From assembly GCA_963804645.1 (NCBI GenBank), contig CAWDRG010000017.1, positions 32,001 to 96,000 on the forward strand: a stretch of DNA of 64,000 nt. Direction: 5' to 3'. Shown here piece after piece: positions 1-11,250 of the stretch. This stretch comes from an uncultured Bacillota bacterium. GTDB lineage: Bacteria; Sysuimicrobiota; Sysuimicrobiia; Sysuimicrobiales; Segetimicrobiaceae. Made by a program: the position numbers and the translations under genes. Position 1 is the stretch's first letter. Every line of letters begins with the position of its first letter. The notes below the pieces were generated by a model that saw nothing but the letters and a program-made list of their open reading frames with translations, was not told the DNA's origin and made no database searches.

Positions 1-186
1 CGACAGCAACAAAGGGGCTTCCGCGCTGAGACCGGGTCCCCTGCCCGGGCCTGCCGTGGACCGACCGCGTCGCGGCGCGCTCGGAGATCCCAGTCTGTGG
101 CGCTACGCCCATGGAACGAGAAACGCGCCGGCCCGGGAGGAGCGGACGTCCCGCGCCCCCGGGCCGGTGAAGCCGTGCGACCGCCG

Positions 187-552
187 CTAACCCGCCTTCG
201 TCTGCCAGAGCGCGATGGGCGCGCCGGTGGGGTCGATGAGGATGCTGAACCAGCCCATCCCCGGCACCTCCGTCTTATCCCGCATAACCGTGGCCCCGAG
301 CGACTTCGCCTTCTGCGTGGCCGCGACAAGGTCGTCGACGTTCACGTAGGCGAGCCAGCCCGACGGCGCGCCCGGCACGGGGTGCTTCATCATGCCCCCG
401 CCCGGGCCATCGCCCGTCTTGATGATCGTGTACGTCTGACCGCCTCCCATGTCCACGTCTTCCAGCGTCCAGGTAAACAGGTTCTGGTAGAACGCTTTTG
501 CCTTGGCCACATCGGTCGTATTCAGCTCCAGGTGCACAAACGAGTTTGCCAC
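187..552 (-). CDS. VOC/glyoxalase family protein (121 aa)
   Basis: ANSFVHLEL...AKAFYQNLFTW...GWLAYVNVDD...DPTGAPIALWQ pattern; GTG start at 552 with GAGGAGG RBS, trimmed from track ORF 187..693. Confidence 0.9.
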   Translation of the reverse strand: MANSFVHLELNTTDVAKAKAFYQNLFTWTLEDVDMGGGQTYTIIKTGDGPGGGMMKHPVPGAPSGWLAYVNVDDLVAATQKAKSLGATVMRDKTEVPGMGWFSILIDPTGAPIALWQTKAG

Positions 553-863
553 GGCGGACCTCCTCATCTCGGATGTATAGCCGTACCCATGGTGCGACGA
601 CCGCAACGAATGAACACGCACAAGCGGGACCCACAGACAGTGTGCGCCTCCAATATTAAGCCTCTCGCGAAGGAAGGTAAAGACAGTCCTCATCGTGCGT
701 CACAGACAGGACACGCCACCGACCCGCACGCCCGGTGCCGGACGCGGCACCATCCTGTCCGAGCGCCCTCGCCGGACCTCCGGGGGAGGGGCGGAATCCC
801 GGGCGCCCGGCGCGAATCCCTCGCGATGGCGGCGGCCCGTCAGACGGCCCGCGGGAGGACCTC

Positions 864-2615
864 ATGCTCGAATCTCCAATGTCGACTACCGGCCCGAGAG
901 GGGTCACGCAGGGGCGGCCTGCCTTTCTCGCGAGGACGTACCTCGTCAGCTCGACCCACTACCTTGCCACGATGGCGGGCGAGCGGGTGTTCTCGCGCGG
1001 CGGCAACGCGGTGGATGCCGGGGTCGCGGCGGGGATCGCGCTCAACGTGTTGGAGCGGCATCTCACCGACTTCGGCGGGGTGGCGCCCGTGATGGTGTTC
1101 CGGACCGGAATGCCGCGCCCGGAGACGATCGCCGGCGTCGGACGGTGGCCGCTCCGGCTCTCCCTGGAACGCCATCGGGAGCGGCACGGATCCGAGATGC
1201 CCGAGGGCGCCGCGCGCTACGTCACGCCGGCCGCGGCGGACGCCTGGCTCACGGCGCTGGCGCGGCACGGCCGGCTGGGGCTGGCCGACGTTCTGCAGCC
1301 CGCGCGCGAACTCTGCGACGGGTTCCCGGTGTTCCCCCGGCTGGCGCGGGATCTCGCGAGCGCCGCGCCGCGTCTCGCCGAATGGCCCTCGAGCGCCCGC
1401 GTGTTTCTGCCGCACGGGCGCCCGCCCGAGGCCGGGGACGTGCTGGTGCAGCGGGACCTGGGACGGCTCTTCGACCGGCTGATCGAAGTTGAGCGGAACG
1501 CGGTGCGCAAGGGCCGCAAGGCGGCGATCATGGCGGCCCGGAACGAGTTCTATACCGGCGAGATCGGCCGGGAGCTGGCCGCCCACGCCCAGCGCACCGG
1601 CGGGGCGCTCGACGCCGAGGACCTCGCGGCGTTCCGCGTGGCCGTCGGACCCTCGGTCTCGTCGACCTACCGCGGCATGGAGGTCCACGCGTGCGGACCG
1701 TGGTCGCAGGGCCCGATGCTCCCGATGATTCTGAATCTGCTCGAGGGCGTTGATCTCCGCCGCATGGCGCCCGGCTCGGCCGAATACTTCCACCATGTCG
1801 TCGAGGCGATCAAGCTGGCGTGCGCGGATCGCGAGGCGTTCTTCGGCGATCCGGATCTGGTCGACGTGCCGATCGACGGCCTGCTCCACCCCGGCTACGC
1901 CGAGGAGCGGCGCCGGCTGCTCGATCCCGGCGCCGCGAGTCCAGGAATGCCGGTGCCCGGCGACCCCTGGCGGTGGGAGGAGCGCACGGGCCCGGCCGGC
2001 TGCGTCCCCCAACCGGTGAGCGGGCCCGGACAGCCGGACACGTCGTATGTCTGCGCGATGGACGCGGACGGCAACGCGTTCTCGGCCACGCCGTCGGACT
2101 CCGGGCTGACCGCTCCGCTCGTGGACGGGCTCGGCATCATCATCTCCACCCGAGGCTCCCAACTGTGGACGACACCGGGCCACGCCTCGGCGATCGCGCC
2201 GGGGAAGCGGCCGCGTCTGACCCCGAACCCCGCGATGCTCGTGCGCGACGGCCGCGCCGTGATGCCGTTCGGGTGTCCGGGCGGGGACGCGCAGGTGCAG
2301 GCGATGGTGCAGGTCGTCTGCAACATTCTCGACTTTGACATGAACGTGCAGGCGGCGATCGAGGCGCCCCGCGTGATCTCGGAGAGCTTTCCGGGATCGT
2401 TCCATCCGCATCCGTATGCGCCGGGTCTGCTGCGCGTCGAGCGGCGCGTCCCCCCGGAAGTGCGCGCCCGCCTCACCGCACTGGGGCATCGCCTCGAGCT
2501 GCTGCCCGAATTCGCGCCGGCGGTCGCGGCCGTCTGCGCCATTCTCCGCCGCGATCACGACGTGCTGGAGGGCGGCGCCGATCCTCGCCGGGAGAGCTAC
2601 GCGATCGGCTGGTAG
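864..2615 (+). CDS. Gamma-glutamyltransferase family Ntn hydrolase
   Basis: GGNAVDAGVA, nucleophile segment DTSYVCAMDADGN, PGKRPR, GCPGGDAQ, GADPRR C-terminus; ATG 864 after GGGAGG. Confidence 0.92.
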   Translation: MLESPMSTTGPRGVTQGRPAFLARTYLVSSTHYLATMAGERVFSRGGNAVDAGVAAGIALNVLERHLTDFGGVAPVMVFRTGMPRPETIAGVGRWPLRLSLERHRERHGSEMPEGAARYVTPAAADAWLTALARHGRLGLADVLQPARELCDGFPVFPRLARDLASAAPRLAEWPSSARVFLPHGRPPEAGDVLVQRDLGRLFDRLIEVERNAVRKGRKAAIMAARNEFYTGEIGRELAAHAQRTGGALDAEDLAAFRVAVGPSVSSTYRGMEVHACGPWSQGPMLPMILNLLEGVDLRRMAPGSAEYFHHVVEAIKLACADREAFFGDPDLVDVPIDGLLHPGYAEERRRLLDPGAASPGMPVPGDPWRWEERTGPAGCVPQPVSGPGQPDTSYVCAMDADGNAFSATPSDSGLTAPLVDGLGIIISTRGSQLWTTPGHASAIAPGKRPRLTPNPAMLVRDGRAVMPFGCPGGDAQVQAMVQVVCNILDFDMNVQAAIEAPRVISESFPGSFHPHPYAPGLLRVERRVPPEVRARLTALGHRLELLPEFAPAVAAVCAILRRDHDVLEGGADPRRESYAIGW

Positions 2616-2651
2616 CGTCGACCGAGGCGCGCAGAGGCCGGACGGCCGGGG

Positions 2652-3428
2652 TCAGGCGAGCCGAAAGACGCCAGGCTTGATCTGAGGGAAGCGGGTCAGG
2701 ATCTCACCATCGTGGCCGGGGCACATCCGCGACTCATCCCCGCCCGCGAGCGCCTGGATCCTCGCCATGCCGTCGAGGCACTCCGCGATGCTGTTGAGGT
2801 GCGCGCCCGGCGGCATCCAATCCCGAAGATTTCGATACGTGGTCAGCGCGTCGTTGGCGAGCACGAATACGCCGCGCGCGGTGCGCACCAGCACGATCTG
2901 CAGCCCGGGCGTGTGCCCGCCGACCCATTCCAGGGTGACCCCATCGGCCACGTCCGTTGTGCCGTCGACGAGGCGCAGACGGCCGGATGACTGCAGCGCC
3001 GCCACGTCCGCGGCAAAGCAGTCGGTCACCCCGCGGCGGTGCCAGCGCTCGCGGGTGCCGTAGCCGGTCCAGAACTCCAGTTCACGACGCTGCACCCAAA
3101 ACGTCGCGCGCGGAAACATCCCCTCGACGTCAAAATGATCCCAATGGAGGTGCGTCAGGATCACGGTCGACACCGATGCCGGGTCGACGCCGGCTGCGGC
3201 CAGCAGCGCCTCGCGTGTGCGGAAATCTTCGAGCGCGACCCCCTGGGCCGCCGCCTGATGCGGGACAAATCCGGTGTCGACGACGATCGGCCCCGCGGGG
3301 CCCTGCAGCACCCACAGAAAGTACGCGGACTTGGCGGTCTCTCCCGGCGTATACGAGTACAGGCGCAGCGCCCAGTCGACCGTCCGACCGGCCTGGTTCA
3401 GTGCATACACTTCATACGTCCCCGCCAT
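2652..3428 (-). CDS. MBL-fold metallo-hydrolase, N-acyl-homoserine-lactonase-like
   Basis: VVDTG, THLHWDH (HxHxDH), GGHTPG, AND, CPGHD. Confidence 0.88.
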   Translation of the reverse strand: MAGTYEVYALNQAGRTVDWALRLYSYTPGETAKSAYFLWVLQGPAGPIVVDTGFVPHQAAAQGVALEDFRTREALLAAAGVDPASVSTVILTHLHWDHFDVEGMFPRATFWVQRRELEFWTGYGTRERWHRRGVTDCFAADVAALQSSGRLRLVDGTTDVADGVTLEWVGGHTPGLQIVLVRTARGVFVLANDALTTYRNLRDWMPPGAHLNSIAECLDGMARIQALAGGDESRMCPGHDGEILTRFPQIKPGVFRLA

Positions 3429-3440
3429 CGCTGCCTCCCG

Positions 3441-4004
3441 TCACTGGCGGCCGAACTGGTTCGGCCGGGCCGCGCGCGGCGGCGAGTCCTGCCGGCCGCT
3501 GGCCGGCGGCGCGGAGAAAAGATCCTCCATCGGCGCGCGGTCGCGTTTCCACACCATGACGCTGCGCACGTATTCGACCACCACCTTCCCGTCTTGATTC
3601 ACGCCCCGCGTAGCGGACCTTCACGATCCCGTACTCCGGGCGCGACCGGGATTCGCGGATCTCCTGCACTTCCGATTCCGCGTACAGCGTGTCTCCGGCA
3701 AACACCGGGTGAGGCAGCGCGATCGCATCCCAGCCGAGCGCGAAGCGTTCTCGCTCACGTCGGTCACGCCCAGGCCCGTCACGATCGCGAGCGTAAGCAG
3801 GCTGTTGGCGAGGGGACGCTGAAACTGTGTGCGGCGCGCGTACTCGGTGTTGAAGTGGATCTGGTTGGTATTGTTGGTCAGCAGCGTGAACCAGGTATTG
3901 TCGACGTCGGTCACCGTCCGCCCGATGCGGCTGCGGTAAAAGTCCCCGACTGCACAGTCCTCGAAGCAGCGCCCCTTCCATCCGTCCTTCACCGCCACGG
4001 TCAC
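3441..4004 (-). pseudogene. MaoC-family dehydratase interrupted by two compensating single-base indels (about 3745 and 3612)
   Basis: N-part [31 protein letters not shown]; middle [24 protein letters not shown] in a second frame; tail [20 protein letters not shown] back in the first frame to TGA at 3441. May be an intact gene with sequencing errors. Confidence 0.8.
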
Positions 4005-4099
4005 TCAGCCGTCTTCCAGATGCCCGCGATCGCGAATATTGGACACGTATGGTACTCTGGGGAACGGCCCCGGCGCATCCGGGGGAGATCGGTGAATCG

Positions 4100-4504
4100 A
4101 TGCTGACCGACGCGCAGCGCGCATTCCTCCAGCCACCACGGCTCGCGCATCTCGCGACCGTCGGCGCTCGTGCGACGCCTCACGTGGTCCCTGTCTGGTA
4201 CCAACTGGACGGCCACGCATTCTACTTTACGACGGTCATGACACGCCGCACGGCCAGGTACCTCCTGCGCGATCCGCGCGCGACGTTCGTCGTCGACGAC
4301 GCCGAACCGCAGGGCCGTCAGGGCATTGAGATCGAGTGCGTCGTCGAGTTTCTGCCCCACGAAGCCGAGCGGGTCGCCCGCGAACTCGCCCTCCGCTACC
4401 TGGGCCCCGTGGAAGGTCCGGTCTACGCGGCCGGCATGATCGCCACCCCCGGCCGCAGCGCGATTCGGGCCGTGCCGCAGCGCGTCCGCAGTTGGGGCAT
4501 GTAG
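4100..4504 (+). CDS. Pyridoxamine 5'-phosphate oxidase-like (split-barrel flavin/F420-binding) protein
   Basis: [30 protein letters not shown], ends VRSWG. Confidence 0.82.
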   Translation: MLTDAQRAFLQPPRLAHLATVGARATPHVVPVWYQLDGHAFYFTTVMTRRTARYLLRDPRATFVVDDAEPQGRQGIEIECVVEFLPHEAERVARELALRYLGPVEGPVYAAGMIATPGRSAIRAVPQRVRSWGM

Positions 4505-4562
4505 CCGCCGCGACGCCCTCACCACGCGCGGGCGGCTCCGGGACCGTCGCCCCGCGTCCCGG

Positions 4563-5597
4563 TCACGCCTCCGCCCCCGATCCCACCAGCCGTCCCAGCA
4601 CTTCGTCGGCGAACACGCGCATCGGCGTCAGCGGTCCCGCGTCGTCCACGGGCCAAAGCCGGAGCGCGAAGTGGGACACGCCCGCCGCCGCGAGCGCGCG
4701 CAGTTTCGCGAGGCATTCGGGCGGCGTCCCCGCCACGGTGAACGTGTCGACCACCTCGTCGGGGATGAGTCCCAGCACGTCGTCCTGGAGCGTCCAGTGG
4801 TCGCCGTACCGGACCTTCGCCATCACCGCCTCGAGCGGTGCGGGCAGCGTGACGCCGAAGGTCGGGAGCACGTCGCGGCTCGAGAGCAGGATGCCGAACA
4901 CCACGAGACGCGCCCGCCGCCGGACGCGCCGCGCATCCGTCCCGATGACGGTGTGCGTCCACGCCGCCACCCGAAGGTCGTGGCGCGTCCGGCCAGACTT
5001 CCGGAGCCCCGCCTCCACCGGCACCATCGCCCGGCTCACGGCCGCGGGGCTGGCGAGCCCGCCGAGCATCACCCCATCCGCGACCTCGCCCGCGACCTCC
5101 AGGATCCGGGGGCCGCGGCCGGCAATGTAAATCGGCGGCACTGCCACCGGGCCAAAATCCATGCCGCCGTGAAAATGGACCGGCGCGTCCATCGCCACCT
5201 GCCCGCCGGCGAACAACGTGCGCAGCAGCTGCACGGTGGCGCGGATCGACGCGGCAGGCCGATGGACCACCGTGCCCATCGCGGCGAATCCGCTGATCCC
5301 CGCCCCGAGCCCCACGACGACCCGTCCATGCGAGGCCTCCTGCAGCGTGGCCAGACAGGTCGCGGTGATCGCGGGGTGCCGCACGAACGGGTCGGTGACG
5401 CAGGGCCCGAGCCGGACGGCCCGGGTGTGCCGCGCGACGGCGGTCAGCGTCACCATGACGTCGCGGAAGAACCGCTCGTCCGGCACCCAGATGTGGTCAA
5501 AGCCGCGCGCCTCCGCCTCCGCGGCGGCGTCGGCCAGCTCGCGCACCGGCAGCGCCGGCAGCAGCCCGACGCCGACGCTGATCGCGGGGCCGGTCAT
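4563..5597 (-). CDS. LLM-class (Mer-like) flavin/F420-dependent oxidoreductase
   Basis: GFDHIWVPDE, LGPCVTDPFVRHPA, GLGAG, IYIAGRGPRILEVAGEVADG. Confidence 0.9.
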   Translation of the reverse strand: MTGPAISVGVGLLPALPVRELADAAAEAEARGFDHIWVPDERFFRDVMVTLTAVARHTRAVRLGPCVTDPFVRHPAITATCLATLQEASHGRVVVGLGAGISGFAAMGTVVHRPAASIRATVQLLRTLFAGGQVAMDAPVHFHGGMDFGPVAVPPIYIAGRGPRILEVAGEVADGVMLGGLASPAAVSRAMVPVEAGLRKSGRTRHDLRVAAWTHTVIGTDARRVRRRARLVVFGILLSSRDVLPTFGVTLPAPLEAVMAKVRYGDHWTLQDDVLGLIPDEVVDTFTVAGTPPECLAKLRALAAAGVSHFALRLWPVDDAGPLTPMRVFADEVLGRLVGSGAEA

Positions 5598-6754
5598 CGG
5601 ACGAGAAGCTCCCGCGGCGCGTTCGAGAGGAAGTCGTAGCCCGTCTCGGTGACCACGACGTTATCCTCGATGCGAAACGCGCCGATGCTGAAGTCGTAAA
5701 TACCGGGCTCGATCGCCAGCACCATGCCCGGCTGGAGCGTGACCTTCACGCCGGGCCCGATCGATGGTTCTTCGTGGACTTCGGTCCCGAGGCTGTGCCC
5801 GGTCCGGTGCAGCATATGCTCGCGGTAGCCGCGGCGCACGATCGATGCCTCGACCTGCCGGTCCAGCTCCTCGCAGGTGATGCCCGGCCGGACAGCCCGC
5901 ACCGCATCCCAAAAGATCTCGGCGCTGGCCTCGTAGAAACGCCGCTGCCGATCGCTTGGCTCCCCGATGAAAAACCCTCGGGTGAGGTCGCCGTGATAGC
6001 CGTTGTACACCGCCCCGCAGTCGAACGTGACCATCTCGCCCCGCGACAACGTCCGCGTCGTCGCCGGGGCGTTCAACATCGCGTACCGCTGCGGGCCCGA
6101 GGCGATGCTCAGTGAGCGCACGGTGTCGGCGCCCTCGCGCATCATCGTGGTCCCCATCACGACCTGGAGCTCTCGCTCGGTCACCCCCTCCCGCATCACC
6201 TCGAGGGCCGCGACGATGCTGGCATCGGTGATGCGGCACGCCTCCCGCATGTAGGCGACCTCCTGCGGAGACTTGATCATGCGGAGATCCCACAGGATCG
6301 AGGCGCTGTCGACCCACGTTGCGGCCGGCAGCAGCCGCTGCAGCTGCCCGTACTGCTCGAGCGTCATGCCGAGCCGCTGCCCGCGGGTCTGCTCGATGCC
6401 GACGCGGCCGGCGGCCAGCCGCTTCTCGTCCATCACGATCTTGATCAGCTCGAGCGGGTCGCGGGCGACCGAGCCCATCCCGACGCCCCATCCCCGCACG
6501 TCGGCGATCCAGCCGGTCGCTTCGCCCTGCCACACTTCGAGGTTCGGCAGCAGCAGCACGGGGGCCGACGCCAGCGGGATCACCGCCGTGAACGGCCGGA
6601 ACGTGCTGGAAAACAGGTTCGTGCGGTAGCCCGTGAGGTACGTCAGGTTTCGATTCGCGGTGACGAGGAGCGCATCGATGCCCGCCTTCGACATCGCCGC
6701 GCGCGCGCGGGCCAGCCGCCCCTCGTATTCCGTCTTCGTGAACACGTCGTCCAT
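5594..6754 (-). CDS. M24 family Xaa-Pro peptidase/creatinase-like hydrolase
   Basis: N-terminal creatinase domain (NLTYLTGY), RMIKSPQE, metal ligands FDCG, GDLTR, GHSLG..HE, IEPG, RIED. Confidence 0.92.
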   Translation of the reverse strand: MDDVFTKTEYEGRLARARAAMSKAGIDALLVTANRNLTYLTGYRTNLFSSTFRPFTAVIPLASAPVLLLPNLEVWQGEATGWIADVRGWGVGMGSVARDPLELIKIVMDEKRLAAGRVGIEQTRGQRLGMTLEQYGQLQRLLPAATWVDSASILWDLRMIKSPQEVAYMREACRITDASIVAALEVMREGVTERELQVVMGTTMMREGADTVRSLSIASGPQRYAMLNAPATTRTLSRGEMVTFDCGAVYNGYHGDLTRGFFIGEPSDRQRRFYEASAEIFWDAVRAVRPGITCEELDRQVEASIVRRGYREHMLHRTGHSLGTEVHEEPSIGPGVKVTLQPGMVLAIEPGIYDFSIGAFRIEDNVVVTETGYDFLSNAPRELLVR

Positions 6755-6776
6755 CGTCCGGCCTCCCCGTAGTGCG

Positions 6777-8324
6777 CTACTTGGTCACCCAGGTCTGACT
6801 GAGATCGATCAGCTCGACCGGGGTCCCGTGGAACCCGTGGACGCGCTTGTTCACGCCGTAGATATTGTTCGTATAGTAGATTTCCTTGGCGACCGTGTCC
6901 CGCACCAGAAGGATCGATTCCATCTGGTCGTACATCTTCTGCCGCGCGATGGGGTTGTCCGAGGCCTCCGCGTCGGTGAGCATCTTGTCGAAGTCCGGGT
7001 TGTTGTAATCCCAGTAGTTGAACGCCGAGTGCGACTGGAAGTTCTGCGCCAGCGCCTGCGCCGGGTCGCCGGTGATCCAGCCCCAGCCGATCAGAAAGAT
7101 CGGACCTTGGTGCCGGGCGAGCGCGTCGAGGTACGCGCCCCACTCCATGACCTTCACATCGGCCTTCACGTTGATCTGCTGGAGCTGCTGCTGCACGGTC
7201 TCGGCGATCTGCCGGTCGCCGAGGTAGCGGCCCTCGGGCGTCCAGAACTCGGTGGTGAAGCCGTTCGGAAACCCGGCCTCCGCCAGCATCTGCTTCGCCT
7301 TCGCGGCGTCGAACGGGACGTCGGCGCACGGCGTCGTCGCCATGACCTCGGGCGGGATCATCCCGCACTTCGCCTCCCGGCCGAGCCCGTTCAGCACGTA
7401 CTTGATGATCGGGCCCCGGTCGATCGCCATCGCGAGCGCCTGCCGCACCTTGACGTTGTCGAACGGCGGCTTCGTCACGGTGAAGCCCACGCGGACGTCG
7501 CGGGTGGACGGACTGATATCCAGCGTCAGGTTGGGGGTGCTCCGGATCTGTGCGGCGAGGTTGGACGGCGGGTTCGAGATGACATCGACCTGCCCGCCCC
7601 GGAACGCCAGATACCGCGTGCTGTCATCGGAGATCGTCCGGAACACGACCTGATCCAGATACGGCTTGCGGCCCCAGTACGTGGGATTGCGCACCAGGCG
7701 CAGTTGCTGGTTCGGCGTCCAGTCCGCGAGCATGAACGGACCGGTGCCGACCGGATGCGTATTCGGATCGGGGGCGCCGGGGCGAAGCTCCGACGGGCTG
7801 AGCACCGCGGCCACGGGCGCCGCGAGGTTCTGAAGGAACGGCGCGAAGGGACGCTTCAGCCGGATGACCACGCGGTAGTCGTTCACCACGTCCACGCCGG
7901 CGATCACTCCGACGTACCCGGCGCTCCGCGGTGCGGCCGCGGCGCGCTCCATGCTCGTCTTCAGCGCCTGCGCGTTGAACGGGGTCCCGTCCGAGAATTT
8001 CACCCCCTGCCGGAGGTCAAACCGCCACGAGGTGGCCGACAGCTCCAGCCAGTCGAGTGCGAGCGCGGGGCGGATGTGGAGATTGAGGTCGAACTGCACC
8101 AGCGTGTCGAAGATCAGGTTGCTCACGACGATGTCCGTCGCCGCCTTGTAGTTGTGGGGGTCGAGCGTCAGCGCGTCCGTCCCGAACGCGATCGTGACGC
8201 TGCCGCCCGGCGCGGGGGTCTGCGCGAACGTGCCGGTGGTCGATAGGAACAGCGCCAGCACCACCACCGCCGCCGCAGCGATCCACCCCGATCGATGTAC
8301 CCCAAGCTGTTGCATCCCGAACAC
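6777..8324 (-). CDS. ABC transporter substrate-binding protein, family 5 (peptide/opine/nickel; GsiB/DppA-like)
   Basis: Signal peptide, LDP, LRQGVKFSDGTPFNA, GTGPF, PFDNVKVRQALAMAID; the start may be the ATG at 8315. Confidence 0.93.
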   Translation of the reverse strand: MFGMQQLGVHRSGWIAAAAVVVLALFLSTTGTFAQTPAPGGSVTIAFGTDALTLDPHNYKAATDIVVSNLIFDTLVQFDLNLHIRPALALDWLELSATSWRFDLRQGVKFSDGTPFNAQALKTSMERAAAAPRSAGYVGVIAGVDVVNDYRVVIRLKRPFAPFLQNLAAPVAAVLSPSELRPGAPDPNTHPVGTGPFMLADWTPNQQLRLVRNPTYWGRKPYLDQVVFRTISDDSTRYLAFRGGQVDVISNPPSNLAAQIRSTPNLTLDISPSTRDVRVGFTVTKPPFDNVKVRQALAMAIDRGPIIKYVLNGLGREAKCGMIPPEVMATTPCADVPFDAAKAKQMLAEAGFPNGFTTEFWTPEGRYLGDRQIAETVQQQLQQINVKADVKVMEWGAYLDALARHQGPIFLIGWGWITGDPAQALAQNFQSHSAFNYWDYNNPDFDKMLTDAEASDNPIARQKMYDQMESILLVRDTVAKEIYYTNNIYGVNKRVHGFHGTPVELIDLSQTWVTK

Positions 8325-8345
8325 CTCCCAGTCGTCTCGTGCCCG

Positions 8346-9377
8346 CTAGTGCTGCGTCCCTGGATGAGCGTGGTGGTACGGCCGGATGACCGCCTCGGCG
8401 AACTCTGTCATGAACTGTTCAAGCGTCTGCTCGGGAACGACCCACGGCAGCACGCCGATCTGCGTGACCCCTTGGCGCTCCAGCTCCGCGACCCGGCGGA
8501 GGCAGACGGCGGCATCCCCCGCCATCGTGAAATGCGCCAGCACGTCGTCGGGGACGTGCGAGGCCGCGCGCAGCATGCTTTCGGAGTGCATCCCATAGGT
8601 CACGGTCGCGAGCTCTTCGCGGAGCCCGGGCGGCAGCACGACCCCGAGATCATCGAGCACCGGCAGCGACGACACCAGCACCCCGACGACGATCGTGCGG
8701 ACGGCGTCCCGGGCGCGCGCGCCGTCCGACGCGAACGCGGTGTGCAGCCACAGCATGGTCTCGAACCCCTCCAGGCTGCGGCCGCTGCGGGCCGCCCCCG
8801 CGCGAATGTGGCGCGTCGCGTAGGCAAACGTCGACGGCGACGCCAGTGCGCCGATGATCACGCCATCGGCGATCTCGCCCGCCAGTTCCAGGATCCGCGG
8901 ACCGCGGCCGGCGATGTAGACCGGGATCGAGGCGCGCGCGGGGAAGTCCAGGCGTGCGCCGTGCGCACGCACGATCTGCCCCTCCTGCGTCACGCGCTCC
9001 CCGGCCAGCAGGCCGCGGATCAGCGCGATCGCCTCACGGATCGCCGTGGCCGGACGGTCGCGCTTCATGCCCATCGCGGCGAAACCGGCGGCGCCCGCGC
9101 CGATGCCGAGGATCGCCCGGCCGTCGGCCAATTCGTCCACGGAAGCCATCGCCGCGGCCGTCAGCGCCGGATGGCGCGAGTACGGATCCGTCACGCACGG
9201 CCCCAGCGCCACGCGCGTCGTGCGCTCCGCGACGTCCGCCAGCGTCACGTAGCAGTCGCGGTAGAAGCGCTCGTCCGGAATCCAGACGACGTCAAAGCCG
9301 AGCGTCTCGGCCAAGACGGACAGCCGCACGTTCTCGTCGTGCACCGCCACGGGCGTCAGCCCGATCCCAAACCGCAT
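8346..9377 (-). CDS. LLM-class (Mer-like) oxidoreductase, paralog of 4563..5597
   Basis: MRFGIG, GFDVVWIPDERFYRD, LGPCVTDPYSRHPA, IAGRGPRILELAGEIADG; ATG 9377 after GGGAGG. Confidence 0.9.
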   Translation of the reverse strand: MRFGIGLTPVAVHDENVRLSVLAETLGFDVVWIPDERFYRDCYVTLADVAERTTRVALGPCVTDPYSRHPALTAAAMASVDELADGRAILGIGAGAAGFAAMGMKRDRPATAIREAIALIRGLLAGERVTQEGQIVRAHGARLDFPARASIPVYIAGRGPRILELAGEIADGVIIGALASPSTFAYATRHIRAGAARSGRSLEGFETMLWLHTAFASDGARARDAVRTIVVGVLVSSLPVLDDLGVVLPPGLREELATVTYGMHSESMLRAASHVPDDVLAHFTMAGDAAVCLRRVAELERQGVTQIGVLPWVVPEQTLEQFMTEFAEAVIRPYHHAHPGTQH

Positions 9378-9459
9378 GACTACGGTACCTCCCTTCTCGT
9401 CGGACGCGGCCCCGACGCGCGTGGCCCGTGCGGGGGACGCGGCGCCGAGCCGTCGCGCC

Positions 9460-10330
9460 TCACCGAGACAACCGCGGATCGAGCGCGTCCCGCAGACCGT
9501 CACCGAGCAGATTCAGTGCTAGCACCAGCGTCATCAGGAACACCCCGGGAATCACCATAATGTGCGGCGCGTCGAACAGGTAGTTCCGCCCGTCGCTGAC
9601 CATGAGGCCCCACTCCGGCACCGGCGGCTGGGCGCCGAGCCCGAGGAAGCTCAGCCCCGCGATCGCGAGGACGTCCCCGCCCAGGCCGACCGTCGCCAGC
9701 ACGATGATCGGCGCCATCACGTTCGCGAGTACGTGCTGCCGCATCGCGCGCAGGTCGGACGCGCCGATCGCGTGCGCCGCCTCCACGTACTCCTGGCGGC
9801 GCACCTGCAGCACCGCCCCGCGCACCACGCGCACGTACTGCGGCATTTTCGTGATCCCGACCGCCGCCGCCGCCGTCCACAGCCCCGACCCGACGATCGC
9901 CACGATCAGAATCGCCAGCAGAAAATACGGGAAGGCGAGCAGGAGGTCGGTGAATCCGCATCATCCAGCCCGTCGGACCAGCCCCCGTAGTAGCCGGCCA
10001 GCATCCCAAACGGCGTGCCGATGCACAGGCCGATGGCCGTCGCCACCGCGGCGCCGCCGAGGGTGAACCGCGCGCCGTCGACGACGCGGGCGAGCATGTC
10101 CCGCCCGAGCGCGTCGCGCCCGAACCACCCCGCAGTCCCCGGCGGCGCGGCGCGCTGCGCCAAGATCTGCGCGCTGGGGTTCAGGCTCGACACGAACGGA
10201 CCGACCGCCGCCATCACGACCACCAGCCCCACGACCACCAGGCCCGCCGCAGCCGCGCGGTCCCGGCGCAGCCGCGGCCACATCTGCCGCACGAGGCCGC
10301 GGCCGGCCCGCTCCCCGCGAGCCCCGACAT
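9460..10330 (-). pseudogene. ABC transporter permease (DppC/OppC-like), frameshifted near 9955-9965
   Basis: N-half (FGRDALGRDMLAR, GMLAGYYGGW) and C-half (TDLLLAFPYF, EYVEAAHAIGAS, LSFLGLGAQPP.PEWG, GDGLRDALDP) lie in different frames. Start is either the ATG at 10330 coupled to the upstream permease (needs a further indel) or ATG 10283. Possibly a sequencing artefact. Confidence 0.82.
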
Positions 10331-11250
10331 TAGGCGTAGCGGATCCTCGGGTCGAGGTACGCATACGCCACATCGACCGCAAGGTTGATGACCGCGAACA
10401 CCCCGGCCACCAGCAGGATCGCGCCGCGGATGATCGCGTAGTCGCGGGCGAGCACGGCCGTGAGCAGCAGCGTCCCCAGCCCGGGCAGGGCGAACACCGA
10501 CTCGGTCAGCACCGCCCCGGCCAGCACCGCCCCGAACTGCAGGCCGATCACGGTCGTCACGGGCACCAGCGCGTTCCTCAGCACGTGGCGCGCGACGACC
10601 CGCGCGGTGCCCAGGCCTTTCGAATGGGCGGTCCGGACGTAATCGGAGGCGACCACCTCGAGCACGCTGCTCCGGGTCATCCGCGCGATCGCGGCCAGCG
10701 GAAACGCGGCGAGCGTGATGACCGGCAGGACGACCTGCTGGGGCGTGCCCCACCCGGAGACCGGAAAGATCGGGAATTTGATCGCGAACCACGAGATCAG
10801 CAATAGACCCAGCCAGAAGATCGGGATCGAGACCCCGCCGAGCACGATCCCGCGCGCGAGGTAGTCGATCCAACTGTACCGGCGGAGCGCGGAGAGGCAC
10901 CCGACCGACATGCCGATGATCGTCGCCACCGCGACGGACAGGGTCGCGAGGACGAACGTGACCTGGAACGTCCGTCCCAGTTCACCGGTCACCGGGCGCT
11001 TGGTCTCGAACGACCGACCCAGGTTGCCCTGCGCCGCCCCGCCGACGAACGCGACGTACTGCGCGAGCAGGGGCCGGTCCAGCCCGAGCTCGTGCCGGAC
11101 CTGCGCGATGCCGGCCGGCGTCGCGTCCTGTCCGAGCATCAACACGGCGGGGTCGCCGGGCGCGAACCGCAGCGCCACGAACACCAGCGCCGACACCGCC
11201 AGCAGGAGCGGGATCAACGCGAGAATCCGGCGCAGCACGTAGGCCGTCAC
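10330..11250 (-). CDS. ABC transporter permease (DppB/OppB-like)
   Basis: YVLRRIL, PGDPA, LGLDRPL..QY, DYVRTAHSKGL, ESVFALPGLG, AYLDPRIR. Confidence 0.95.
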   Translation of the reverse strand: MTAYVLRRILALIPLLLAVSALVFVALRFAPGDPAVLMLGQDATPAGIAQVRHELGLDRPLLAQYVAFVGGAAQGNLGRSFETKRPVTGELGRTFQVTFVLATLSVAVATIIGMSVGCLSALRRYSWIDYLARGIVLGGVSIPIFWLGLLLISWFAIKFPIFPVSGWGTPQQVVLPVITLAAFPLAAIARMTRSSVLEVVASDYVRTAHSKGLGTARVVARHVLRNALVPVTTVIGLQFGAVLAGAVLTESVFALPGLGTLLLTAVLARDYAIIRGAILLVAGVFAVINLAVDVAYAYLDPRIRYA